Shown here: positions 38,901 through 52,100 of the stretch, piece after piece | How the letters are laid out: every line of letters begins with the position of its first letter | How positions within the stretch are numbered: position 1 is the stretch's first letter | Notes under the pieces: model-generated | The model's database searches: none | What the model was told of the DNA's origin: nothing | What the model saw: only the letters and a program-made list of their open reading frames with translations | Made by a program: the position numbers and the translations under genes | Source of the DNA: Eledone cirrhosa | Lineage: Eukaryota | Length of the DNA stretch: 64,000 bases | NCBI GenBank assembly: GCA_964016885.1 | Contig: OZ024743.1 | Location: 309,752,001-309,816,000, forward strand | Reading direction: 5' to 3'

Positions 38901-39585
38901 CTACCACTAAATTTAGGATGTCAACCAAATCTTGTCCTAGCCCGTCAGCATTCATCTCCTCAATGGCCGTATCTCTGTTCCAGGTATTATTTATCTCAGT
39001 ATTCAGATCATTGTCTGCTTCGGGTGGTTCCTCCGTTATCTCGACCTCTTCACCTTCATTTCCCACTGGCTCGTTTGCCTGGCATACTCCACCCTCCATC
39101 TCCAAGCTAATCTCTCTGCTCAGTTCCTCCAGTTCCAGGTCGCTTATCCACCAATTAGTTCTTATTACCCGAGACTGCCAGGCCAATTTTTGTTCATCTA
39201 ATTTAAATAGACCAATCTCGTTCCAGATGTTATGCATCCGTCTCCTATAGCCCCTCTCCTTGGGGTTACTTTTCAGGTAACATTGCATAACAGTTCTATT
39301 CAATTCGTTCGTCTAGTTGGTTCTGGTCCCTTTCCTTCTTTTTCTTCCTCCGACACCAGCAGTATTTGGTTGACAGCCAGGTCCCTGCTGCTGAGCCAGG
39401 GAGCACCTGTTGGGTGAGAGTCTGTCACATGACGTTCTAGTCTCCATTTCACCGTTATTCGAACTGTTTAGGTTCGACATTTAAACACTCTTATCGAGGA
39501 TTGGCGAATGTATGGTTACATAACCACCAGTGGATTCACCGTCTCCGGTGGTTGCGTCGCTCCACGTGGCTATTGTGTGGCATTA
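35950..39585 (-). mobile_element. R4/Dong family A full-length copy with several stops and frameshifts
   Basis: ORF fragments 36057-39303, METRTS start near 39447, 5' UTR to about 39585, (TTA)n at both ends. Confidence 0.93.
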
Positions 39586-42500
39586 TTATTATTATTATTA
39601 TTACAGTTGCATTCATCTTGCTTTATGTTCATACGAGTTATCACCAAGTCACAACCAGTGACCTCAAGAGACAACAAGGTCCGCCATGTTCAAGAAAGAA
39701 CATACATACTCACACATGCATCTTTAGTGTTTAGACTTGTGATGTACTTATATTGACAGAATCTTCCTTAGTATATGGGCAGTTCCCATTAGTACTATCT
39801 TTTATATTTCTCCTATACGCGGGTTTCCTGGGATTTGCGATAAGTAATCATTAGACCCCTGAGGTATGATTCCCAGAGCGCCTACAACCACTGGTATTGT
39901 TTTACTTCTCAATTTCCACATTTTTCCAATTTCTATCTCCAGGTCCTTATACTTGCTCAATTTTTCAAATGTTTTTATAGATACATTCTTGTCTATTGGA
40001 ACAGACATATCAATTAGCAGGCATACTCTCTTTTTAAAGTCCTTCAATATTATATCAGGTCTATTTGCATCTATTTTTCGGTCTGTTTGGATGCTAAAGT
40101 TCCACAAGATTGAGATGTGATCTTTTTCAAGTATGGGAGGTGGTTGATGCTCCCACCAATCCTTTTGATGGGGCAGGTCAAAATGTTACACATTATCCAA
40201 TGTATGTATTGTGCAGCTCTGTCATGCCTGTTTAGGTATTCGGTTGGAGCTATAGGACTGCACATTGAAATTATATGGTCAATGGTCTCTGGTTGTTTTT
40301 TGCATACACGGCATAATGGGCTGCATCCATTTTTTATTATGTTGGCTTGGTAATTTTTTGTTGGCAGACACTGATCTTGTGCTGATATAATCAGTCCTTC
40401 AGTCTCCGATTTCAGTCCAGAGGATGCCAACCACTGATGGGTTAAAGTTTTGTCAACATCAGGATTGTTAGCTCGCTCTGGGTATTTTCCATACAGAGGC
40501 TTTTCTTGCCATTTCTTAGCCAGTTTCTGTAGCAGTTCTTTCTTTGCAGTTACTTTTACCTGCTTTGCTTTTTCTGTGTTTTCCATTTCAGCAGTAAATG
40601 GGACTTCTGAAATTTGTAGTCCATTACTGTATCTTTGTGCATCTTTTGTAATGGAATATGATCTTTTGATGCTTTCGTGTTTCAAAACGAGTTTGATCAT
40701 CCAATCATGTGATTCCCTTACATATGTAGATAATCCAATTGTTGCAGTTTTCAACGCAATGTCTAACTGGATTAACCCACGTCCTCCTTCTTTCCTAGGG
40801 AGATATATTCTATCTATGTCTGCCTTAGGGTGATGCATTCTATGCATGGTTAAGAATTTTCGAATTTTTGTATCGAGCCTACGGATCTCTGTGCTTGACC
40901 AGTTGATGACATTGTAACTGTAGGTTACTACTGGTATGGCAAGCGTGTTTATGGCATCGATCCTATTCCTTGCATTCAATTCCGTTCTTAACATTGCTCT
41001 TACTCTGCGGTAACATTCCTTCCTTATCCTTTCCCTCATTGTCGAGTGCTTCATTCCGTCTCCTTCACAAACACCTAGATATTTGTAAGTTTTTTCTTGA
41101 TCAAGTTCTCTTATCACGTTCCCCCGATCAAGATTAATGTCTGAACTCTTCAGCAGCTTTCCTCTGGTGAACGTTGCTTTGGCGCATTTATCTAGTCCAA
41201 ACTCCATTTTAATGTCATCACTGAACTGCTCCACAGTGGATAATAGCCTTTGCAATTATTCATCATTTTTTGCAAATAGTTTCAGGTCATCCATGTAGAA
41301 CAAGTGATTAATGGTTTTGTCATAGACTTTATATCCATGTTTTGTTTCATTGAGCATTTTACTTAATGGTATAAGTGCGATGCAGAATAAAAGCGGTGAT
41401 AAAGTCACCCTGAAAAATTCCACAATTAATATTAACTTCTCCAGCTTCCAGTGATTTTGTTTCACTATTCAAAAGGAGTGTCGTTTTCCATGTCTTCATA
41501 CTGAATGACAAAAACCTCCTGACAACGGGGGATATTTTGAAAATCTCTAAACATTTTTCAATCCAGCCGTGTGGCAAACTATCGAATGCTTTTTTATAAT
41601 CTATCCAAGCAATCGATAGATTTTTGTGTCTATTATGACAATCTTCCAGTATCATTTTGTTAACCAGAAGCTGATCCTTACAGCCATATGAGCCTCGTTT
41701 ACACCCTTTCTGCTCAATGGGAAATAGGTCATTTGTTATCAGGTGGTCATATGTGTACTCAGTTAGGACTGATGTTAAAATGTTATACATTGTGGTCAAG
41801 CAAGTTATCGGTCTGTAATTTTTGGGATTGTTTGTCTCATCATTCTTCGGAAGCAGGAATGTAATGCCGTTAACTAGCCATGATGGTATTTTTTCTGGCT
41901 CCTTAACTATTTCATTGTAAAGTTGGGCTAACAGCTCATGAGACTCTGTGAAGGCATTTATCCAAAAGTTTTGTATTTTGTCTTTTCCTGGGGATTTCCA
42001 TTTGCTGGTTTTTCTTAGAGCCAAGCGCAACTGTTCAACTGTTATATTTTCCCATATTTGTTCCTCAAGGTGAGCTGTATCTTTCATTTGTCTGTCTATC
42101 CATGGGGCATGTATGTTATGAACTTTTTCTTCGGCCCAGATCTTTTCCCAGAATTCTTGCACTTCCTCCTTGGGTGGTATTGATTTAGGAGTTATTGTTG
42201 ACTTACCAATTTTTCTGTAGAAGTTTCTTTGGTTGTTTTTGAACATATTATTGTCCTTATAGAATCTAGATCGTTTTTCAAAGCGCCTTATACGAGCAGC
42301 TTTGGCCGACACTTTTTGCTTGATTGTTTCTATCAGCATGTCTATGTCACTTGTTGATTTTATACTGTACTTTTTTTTCAATTTTCTAAGTTTAGTTTGT
42401 TTAACATGTTCACCTACTTTATAGCTTGTTAAAATTTCTGTCAGATCGGAGAAGGTTTATTTGGCGATTGATGTTCTCTTGCCAAGTAGATTTCTTGTGG

Positions 42501-43555
42501 GAATTCCTTTGTTTTTTCATCTTCACTCCACATAAGTGAGTGGTGACTTTAGCCGATGCATAATAGTGATGATTTAAATCAGTAATGTTTAGTTTGTTTG
42601 TGATGATAATGTTTTTGAGAATTATGTTAGTCTTGTGTATTATCTTTTGGTTCTGTTTGGAGTTCTGGATCTTAGGGAGGGTGTCTCGTTGCCCCATGTC
42701 ATATTATTTCATTTTCATCCATTCGATCATAATTTCATCCTCCAAGTTGGCAAGTTCATTCTCACTCATTTCTTTATCATTTACGATCTCATTATTTTCA
42801 TTTGGAGTTTCATCTTGAGCATGCACTTCCTCCACTTTTTCGATCCTTTCTTTAATTTGTTCTGTTGCCAGTGATTCCGCCCCAACCCTGGGATTCAAAG
42901 TGTTACAATTTACCTCGTCTTCACTGACACATGTTTCATTTTCCCTTCGCTGACTTTGTGCTAATAGCTTGATCTGATCAATTTCTATATCAGTTAGTAA
43001 ATTTTTTCTTACAATATTTCTTCGTATATTGGCTAGTTTGTTACTGTCAATATAGCCTCTGTTTTCGGGATGTTTCTTTTTCCAGTTGATATATGTCTTT
43101 TCTGTATTCGATGTATTTGATGGGTAGTACATGGCAGTGTAGAAAGCCTCAAGGACTTCTTTATTATCTTCCCTTGACCATTTTTCTCTCTTTTTCTTTG
43201 GATTTCTTGGTGGTGAGCATGGAGGGCCAACAGTAGGAGTATTCCGGTTATGGGAGGTCTCCAGCTCCGAAGTGATGGGAAGGTTTGAACCATTAGCTGA
43301 TTTTTCGACCCCAGTCTGGTTCCTCTCTGAGGGACGCGGCCCTTTTTTACCCGGGTGACGGCCGATCCGGTATGAGATTTTATCATTAGACATTTACTTT
43401 ATTTTGTCGCGTTTTATCCTTATCCGCCAAGGGGTAATCATTTCATGTTACCACTTCTAGAACGAGTGTCAACCAAGACTAGAGGGGTCGTTCTCCCCTA
43501 GAGACACGGCTATTCCCCGTCGGCCGCCATCCCGGTATTTCTTGGTCACGGGGTT
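39586..43555 (-). mobile_element. R4/Dong-type family B, full-length degenerate copy
   Basis: KWSREDN N-terminal domain, KSPGKD, NYRPITCL, IDYKKAFDSLPH, YMDDLKL, SAQDQCL, CRVC..H..C, RHD, RPDII..IDMSVP; different 3' UTR, (AAT)n tail. Confidence 0.92.
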
Positions 43556-43899
43556 TTCTTTTTGTTGTTTTTTTTAAATTGTTATTATCATGAGTGGTTC
43601 CTTAATGTGAGCATTGCGTGGCTTAAGAATGAAATTATTAATAATTGTCTCCACTCCAGGCACAAGGCCAGCAATCACCCAGTGCATTACAATAATATAA
43701 TATACTTTTTGCTGAAGTTGCCTGTTATTGTTGTTGGCTATGTCGGTGGTGGTGATGGGGCTTTTTATATTGTTGGTGAGGAAGGGGTGAGCCAGCAGTG
43801 CCATAGTTGTTGATGTTGACGTTTGGCCGGTGGCCAGGTCACTAAGTCAATCTATTTAGATCTTTTGCTAGCCTCTCCCTTGTCTAGTGATACCGCCAC

Positions 43900-44530
43900 C
43901 TTCCCCTTTCTCTCTCAAGTTAACAGGGGAATAGTGGTGGTAGCAATGAAGGAGTGGTGGCGGCGGTGATGGGATAGTGGTAGCACTGATGGATGAGTGG
44001 TGGGGCGGTGGCGTTGTCGTTACTGAGTTTTGTGAGTATGTGTCGCGTATGTTTAATATATATTGTGTTGACATATTCCCGTAAAATTGGAATTAAACAT
44101 TTTGTTAAAACTTGAGACAATAATAATAGTAATTATTATTATGATGCTGGGATTGGTGGTGGTGGTGGTGGTGGTGAAATTGCCGTTATCTGGCTGTTAT
44201 ATTTAGTGTGATGGGGTAGGTGGTGTATCAAGTTTCTGGTGTTGGTGAAATTGCTGTTATTTGCCTGTTCTATATAGTGTAGACAGAGGGTGTTTTCTTC
44301 CATTTATAACCATTTTCTTTTTTGAATACAAAATTTATAATACAAAATTGAATATTTGAGCGATATAACAATATAATATGGATCCGAAATTTTATGGGAC
44401 TTGATTCGGTGGTTTATGCAACATTTGTACTAAGAATTGTTATTTCACAATTGATTTAAATATGTTAAAAATCAAAAACATACGGGAGCGATTTCATGAC
44501 TTTCTACCACCTCGTGCGTCTTCTTCCCTT
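43900..44530. repeat. Diverged copy of the array spacer
   Basis: Shares ggcggcggtgatgggata, tttctggtgttggtga, tatatagtgtagacagagg and cgggagcgatttcatgac..cacctcgtgcgtcttcttccct with 48190-49130. Confidence 0.8.
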
Positions 44531-44534
44531 ATCC

Positions 44535-44587
<53 letters not shown>

Positions 44588-47500
44588 GTTGTTATTCCTT
44601 GAATCTCAGTCATTGATGTTGGTTAACTGGAAAGTCCGTTGGATTGAATATCAAGCCACTACCTGCAGCCTCAGATATTCAGGACGTATCGGAGGGTTCT
44701 TGCTGTTCCAAGCAAGCATGCCTTTTGAAGCGTTCCAAAAAGCGTGAAGGGGCCGATTTTCTTTAACCATCCCTGGAAACTTTTGGAGATAGTCCCCAGT
44801 GCGCCTATGACAATCGGGATCACTTTGACTTCATGGCAGTTCCAAATCCTTTTCACCTCCCACTTTAGGTCCTGGTATCGGTTAATTTTCTCCCTCTCCT
44901 TCTCTTGCACTCTCGTGTCGAACGGGCAGGCCACATCCACAATCAGACACGATCTTTTTTCTTTGTCCACAACCACCAGGTCAGGTCTATTGTGTTTCAG
45001 TTTTTTGTCCGTCTGTATCCTAAAATCCCACAGCACCTTCACCTGATTGTTCTCCATCACCGCCTCTGGCCTATGCTCATACCATTTCTCAGAATGTGGT
45101 AAATTGTTTACTTTGCACAGGTGCCAGTGGATCACCCTGCCCATCACATCGTGTCTCCAGCCCTTATAGTGGGTCTGGGCTAGGTGTTTACACTCAGACA
45201 CAATGTGAGCCACAGTCTCCTCTCTCTCTCCACAGATCCTGCACAGTGGGCTAGCCTCCTCCTTGTAGATATGGTGCTTCAACCACTTCGTTTTGAGGGC
45301 CTGCTCCTGCGCAGCCATTAGCATTCCTTCTGTAGCCTTTTTGAGGTCTCCTCTTCTCAACCAGTTCCATGTCTGTGGATCTCTAAATTCAGTTTTCTCA
45401 AAGAAGGTACTATGAAGGGATTTTCCCTTAAGGCTGCTCTTCCTCCTTGATGTTATTTCCTCCTTGGACATCCCCTGGCCTACTGTCCCCTCCTTCAGTA
45501 CAGTTCTGAGCATTGGCTCCTTACTATAGGTCACGTATTTGTATAGGTTGTTTTTCTCCATCTGAACACAGTCCTCTATGCTGATAAGACCTCTTCCACC
45601 CTCAGATCTCCTTAGGTAGAGTCTATCGACATCACTCCTCTTGTGGAACATGTTGTAGATAGTCAATAGCTTCCTGGTCTTCCTATCCATTTCTTTTTGT
45701 TCAGCAACATTCCATCTCAGAATTCCCGCACTGTACCTAATAATAGACACAGCTCGGGAATTTACTGCGCTTATGGCATTTCTGCTGTTCAGATGTGACT
45801 TCAATACGCTACTTACTCTCCGAATGTATTCAGTTCTTAACAATTCCTTCATTTTTTTTGTTCTTTATGCCATCAGCCTCCAGAACGCCCAAATACTTGT
45901 ATCCTTCCTCAGAGTCAATTTCCTTTATCATCTCACCTGTTGGTATCTGGATCCCGTTACTTCTGCTCAACCTACCCCTCTTCATCACAATGACTCCACA
46001 TTTACCAATACCAAACTGCATACATATATCACTGCTGAAAATACGGACAGTGTCAACAAGCACATCCAACTCCTTCTCACTTTTCCCGAAGAGCTTAAGA
46101 TCGTCCATGAAGAAGAGGTGATTGATGGTAAGCTCTCCCCTTCCCAACTTGTATCCTGCTCTCACTTTTCTCAGCATAAGGGTCAAGGGCATCAGGGCAA
46201 GGACAAACAACAGAGGGGACAGGCTATCTCCCTGGAAGATACCTCTCTTGATCTTCATGCTTCCCAAAGATACCCCAGTTGATGTCAACTCTGTCTCCCA
46301 GGACCCCATACTCCTGCCTAGCAACTGTCTGATGTTATCTGCCACCCTAAAGATCTCCAGGCTTTTGGTGATCCAGGAATGAGGCACCCATGTCAAATGC
46401 CTTTCTGTAGTCTATCCATCCCATGGCAAGATCAGTGTGTCTCCTCCTGCAATTCCCCATTACCATCTTATCAATAAGCAACTGGTCCTTTGTACCACGT
46501 GACTTCTTTCGGCATCCTTTCTGTTCGTCCGGTAACAAGTTGTTTGTGTGGAGGTGATGGTAGATTTCCTCAGACACAATGCTCGTCAACAGTTTCCACA
46601 TTACGGACAGACATGTGATAGGTCTATAGTTGGTAACATCATTACCCTTGATTCGGTCTTTCATTATCAGAACTGTGGTACCTTTTGTCAACCACTCTGG
46701 CACCTCACCCGACACCAAGCAGTCATTGAACATGGCCGTCAGCTTCGGGTGGAGGGATGTTAAATGTTTAATCCAATACCCCTGCACACCATCTGGGCCT
46801 GGTGATTTCCAGTTGGTTAGTTTTTTGGCCTGCCCCTTAAGAGTTTCAACTGTGATACTCAAATCAGTTTGTTGTTGTGCCTGCTCACCGATCTCCCTCT
46901 GTACTCTCACAATCCACCCTGCCTGGGCATTGTGTCTAACATCCTGCTCCCATATTCCTCTCCAGAATGTTTTAGTTTGCTCCGCCCCAGGGATCAAGTC
47001 GTTGCCTCTTTCTTTCCCCTCAAGCTGTCCAAACAGCATCTTCTGGTTGTTGTCGAACATGCGGTTCTGTTTATACTGACTGACTCTGTTCTCGTATCGC
47101 CTGATTTTTGCACTCTTTGCTACAATGCGTTGCTTCAGTTCCTCTATGATAATATTTAGCTTTTTCCTCCTAGTTTTGTATTTTATTTCCAGTCTATTTT
47201 TAGTGCCTATGTTTTTTAGTGTCCCATTCAGTAGTGACTCAAGCTTTCCTATGTCATTTCTCATTTCCCCGATTTGCCCACTCAGTCGCTTCTTCCACCA
47301 CGGCTCTGCTCTTTCTTGTCTGTTGTTTCCTCTCGCTTTTATACCAAGTAGTTTCCTCACCGTATTTGCTGTTGCTTTGAGGATATTGTTGCACTGGTGA
47401 AGGCTCCTCGCCTCAAGGTATGGGATGACTTTGTTTACCTTAGCTGTTGTTTCTTTTAACTTTTTCCTGTCTACAAATCTTAGGTTCATAGGTCTCCCAC

Positions 47501-48185
47501 TATCATTGTTCAATTCATCTACCACTAAATTTAGGATGTCAACCGAATCTTGTCCTAGCCCGTCAGCATTCATCTCCTCAGTGGCCGTATCTCTGTTCCA
47601 GGTATTATTTATCTCAGTATTCAGATCATTGTCTGCTTCGGGTGGTTCCTCCGTTCTCAGGACCTCTTCACCTTCATTTCCCACTGGCTCGCTTGTCTGG
47701 CATACTACACCCGCCATCTCCAAGCCATTCTCTCTGCTCAGTTCCTCCAGTTCCAGCTCGCTTATCCATCCATTAGTTCTTATTACCCGAGCCTGCCCGG
47801 CCAATTTTTGTTCATCTAATTTAAATAAACCAATCTCGTTCCAGATGTTATGCATCCGTCTCCTGTAGCCCCTCTCCTTGGGGTTACTTTTCAGGTAACA
47901 TTGCATAACAGTTCTATTCAATTCTTTCGTCCAGTTGGTTCTGGCCCCTTTCCTTCTTCTCCTTCCTCCAACATCAGCAGTATTTGGTTGACAGTCAGGT
48001 TCCTGCTGCTGAGCCAGGGGGCACCTGTTGGGTGAGAGTCTGTCACATGACGTTCTAGTCTCCATTTCACCGTTATTCGAACTGTTTATGTTCGATATTT
48101 AAACACTCTTATCGAGGATTGGCGAATGTATGGTTACATATCCATCTGTGGATCCGCCATTCCACTTGGCCCTTGTGTGGCATTA
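44535..48185 (-). mobile_element. R4/Dong family A full-length copy 1 of the tandem array (two +1 frameshifts)
   Basis: ORFs 46347-48065, 45830-46396, 44671-45852. Confidence 0.95.
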
Positions 48186-49130
48186 TCACCACGCTGTATA
48201 CGAACACACATAAACAAACAAACACACAGGCAGAAAGGGCCCCAAAAATGAATAAGCATAAGTTTCATTGTAATGTAGTGTTCGAATGTCTGACTTAGTT
48301 TTTGTTTTTTAAGTTTTAGTTTTTCCCCCCTCTTCTCTGTCCGTCCGCCTGCTTCTCTCTTCATTCTTATTTTCTTTACGTTTTTTTTTTTTTTTGTTTT
48401 TTTTTTGTTTTTTTGTTTTTGTTTTTCTCTGTTTGTTTTTCTCGTTTTTTGCTGTTGTTGCTGTGCTGCTTTGGTTTTGTTGTTTGTATTTTCTTTTTCT
48501 TTTGAGTCTATCTATATATTTTGATGCCTTCCTCTTTTTTAGCAGTAGGGATTCTATAATGTGGTGGCAGCAGCCAGCTAAAAGAAATGGGAGACTGGCG
48601 GCGGTAGCGATACTGAGACAGTGGTGGTGGTGGTGATGTCGATACTGAGGCAGTGGTGGCGGTGATGTGACCGTATTACTGTAGTGATGGTGCTGTAGCG
48701 GTGGTAGCAGTGAAGGAGTGAAGGGGTGGTGGCGGCGGTGATGGGATAATGGGTGTAATGATGGCCGTAGTGAGCGGTGGTGGTTTAGTGTACACAGGTG
48801 ACGGGGTGGGTGGTGTATCTAGTTTCTGGTGTTGGTGAGTTTGGCTGTTCTATATAGTGTAGACAGAGGAGGAGAGGGGGGGGGGTTCTTCTTCCATTTA
48901 TAGCCATTTTCTTTTTTGGATATACAGTGTACAATACAAAGTTGAATATTTGAATATTTGAGCCTTATAACAAGATATTTTGGGTCCGAATTTGTTGGGG
49001 CTCAAGCCGGGTGCTTTACGTAGCATTTGTACTAAGAGTTGTTATTGCACAAATGATTTAAATATGTTAAAAATTCAAAACTTACGGGAGCGATTTCATG
49101 ACCTCCATCACCTCGTGCGTCTTCTTCCCT
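48186..49130. repeat. Array spacer 1 (~945 bp; T-rich and GGT-rich)
   Basis: Nearly identical to 52751-53690. Confidence 0.9.
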
Positions 49131-52100
49131 ATTATTATTATTATTATTATTGTTGTTGTTATTCCTTGAATCTCAGTCATTGATGTTGGTTAACTGGAAA
49201 GTCCGTTGGATTGAATATCAAGCCACTACCTGCAGCCTCAGATATTCAGGACGTATCGGAGGGTTCTTGCTGTTCCAAGCAAGCATGCCTTTTGAAGCGT
49301 TCCAAAAAGCGTGAAGGGGCCGATTTTCTTTAACCATCCCTGGAAACATTTGGAGATAGTCCCCAGTGCGCCTATGACAATCGGGATCACTTTGACTTCA
49401 TGGCAGTTCCAAATCCTTTTCACCTCCCACTTTAGGTCCTGGTATCGGTTAATTTTCTCCCTCTCCTTCTCTTGCACTCTCGTGTCGAACGGGCAGGCCA
49501 CATCCACAATCAGGCACGATCTTTTTTCTTTGTCCACAACCACCAGGTCAGGTCTATTGTGTTCCAGTTTTTTGTCTGTCTGTATCCTAAAATCCCACAG
49601 CACCTTCACCTGATTGTTCTCCATCACCGCCTCTGGCCTATGCTCATACCATTTCTCAGAATGTGGTAAATTGTTTACTTTGCACAGGTGCCAGTGGATC
49701 ACCCTGCCCATCACATCGTGTCTCCAGCCCTTATAGTGGGTCTGGGCTAGGTGTTTACACTCGGACACAATGTGAGCCACAGTCTCCTCTCTCTCTCCAC
49801 AGATCCTGCACAGTGGGCTAGCCTCCTCCTTGTAGATATGGTGCTTCAACCACTTCGTTTTGAGGGCCTGCTCCTGCGCAGCCATTAGCATTCCTTCTGT
49901 AGCCTTTTTGAGGTCTCCTCTTCTCAACCAGTTCCATGTCTGTGGATCTCTAAATTCAGTTTTCTCAAAGAAGGTACTATGAAGGGATTTTCCCTTAAGG
50001 CTGCTCTTCCTCCTTGATGTTATTTCCTCCTTGGACATCCTCTGGCCTACTGTCCCCTCCTTCAGTACAGTTCTGAGCATTGGCTCCTTACTATAGGTCA
50101 CGTATTTGTATAGGTTGTTTTTCTCCATCTGAACACAGTCCTCTATGCTGATAAGACCTCTTCCACCCTCAGATCTCCTTAGGTAGAGTCTATCGACATC
50201 ACTCCTCTTGTGGAACATGTTGTAGATAGTCAATAGCTTCCTGGTCTTCCTATCCATTTCTTTTTGTTCAGCAACATTCCATCTCAGAATTCCCGCACTG
50301 TACCTAATAATAGACACAGCTCGGGAATTTACTGCGCTTATGGCATTTCTGCTGTTCAGATGTGACTTCAATACGCTACTTACTCTCCGAATGTATTCAG
50401 TTCTTAACAATTCCTTCATTTTTTTGTTCTTTATGCCATCAGCCTCCAGAACGCCCAAATACTTGTATCCTTCCTCAGAGTCAATTTCCTTTATCATCTC
50501 ACCTGTTGGTATCTGGATCCCGTTACTTCTGCTCAACCTACCCCTCTTCATCACAATGACTCCACATTTACCAATACCAAACTGCATACATATATCACTG
50601 CTGAAAATACGGACAGTGTCAACAAGCACATCCAACTCCTTCTCACTTTTCCCGAAGAGCTTAAGATCGTCCATGAAGAGGAGGTGATTGATGGTAAGCT
50701 CTCCCCTTCCCAACTTGTATCCTGCTCTCACTTTTCGCAGCATAATGGTCAAGGGCATCAGGGCAAGGACAAACAACAGAGGGGACAGGCTATCTCCCTG
50801 GAAGATACCTCTCTTGATCTTCACGCTTCCCAAGGATACCCCAGTTGATGTCAACTCTGTCTCCCAGGACCCCATACTCCTGCCTAGCAACTGTCTGATG
50901 TTATCTGCCACCCTGAAGATCTCCAGGCTTTTGGTGATCCAGGAATGAGGCACCATGTCAAATGCCTTTCTGTAGTCTATCCATCCCATGGCAAGATCAG
51001 TGTGTCTCCTCATGCAATTCCCCATTACCATCTTATCAATAAGCAACTGGTCCTTTGTACCACGTGACTTCTTTCGGCATCATTTCTGTTCGTCCGGTAA
51101 CAAGTTGTTTGTGTGGAGGTGATGGTAGATTTCCTCAGACACAATGCTCGTCAACAGTTTCCACATTACGGACAGACATGTGATAGGTCTATAGTTGGTA
51201 ACATCATTACCCTTGATTCGGTCTTTCATTATCAGAACTGTGGTACCTTTTGTCAACCACTCTGGCACCTCACCCGACACCAAGCAGTCATTGAACATGG
51301 CCGTCAGCTTCGGGTGGAGGGATGTTAAATGTTTAATCCAATACCCCTGCACACCATCTGGGCCTGGTGATTTCCAGTTGGTTAGTTTTTTGGCCTGACC
51401 CTTAAGAGTTTCAACTGTGATACTCAAATCAGTCTGTTGTTGTGCCTGCTCACCGATCTCCCTCTGTACTGTCTCAATCCACCCTGCCTGGGCATTGTGT
51501 CTCACATCCTGCTCCCATATTCCTCTCCAGAATGTTTTAGTTTGTTCCGCCCCAGGGATCAAGTCGTTGCCTCTTTCTTTCCCCTGAAGCTGTCCAAACA
51601 GTATCTTCTGGTTGTTGTCGAACATGCGGTTCTGTTTATACTGACTGACTCTGTTCTCGTATCGCCTGATTTTTGCACTCTTTGCTACAATGCGTTGCTT
51701 CAATTCCTCTATGATAATATTTAGCTTTTTACTCCTAGTTTTGTATTTTATTTCCAGTCTATTTTTAGTGCCTATGTTTTTTAGTGTCCCATTCAGTAGT
51801 GACTCAAGCTTTCCTATGTCATTTCTCATTTCCCCGATTTGCCCACTCAGTCGTTTCTTCCACCACGGCTCTGCTCTTTCTTGTCTGTTGTTTCCTCTCG
51901 CTTTTATACCAAGTAGTTTCCTCACCGTATTTGCTGTTGCTTTGAGGATATTGTTGCACTGGTGAAGGCTCCTCGCCTCAAGGTATGGGATGACTTTGTT
52001 TACCTTAGCTGTTGTTTCTTTTAACTTTTTCCTGTCTACAAATCTTAGGTTCATAGGTCTCCCACTATCATTGTTCAATTCATCTACCACTAAATTTAGG

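Noticed and set aside
38192-39320. TAG stops at Trp codons that A-to-I editing could repair
   Set aside because: TGG>TAG is the commonest route to a stop, and the same copy also has frameshifts that editing cannot fix
48105-48140. tggcgaatg resembling the HDV ribozyme J4/2 strand
   Set aside because: Antisense to the element, and no P1/P3/P1.1 arrangement could be built
49081-49132. Possible 43-nt exon on the minus strand (ag|GGAAG..CTCCC|gtaag) in the spacer
   Set aside because: No polypyrimidine tract (preceded by (TAA)n), no partner exons, truncated in spacer 3
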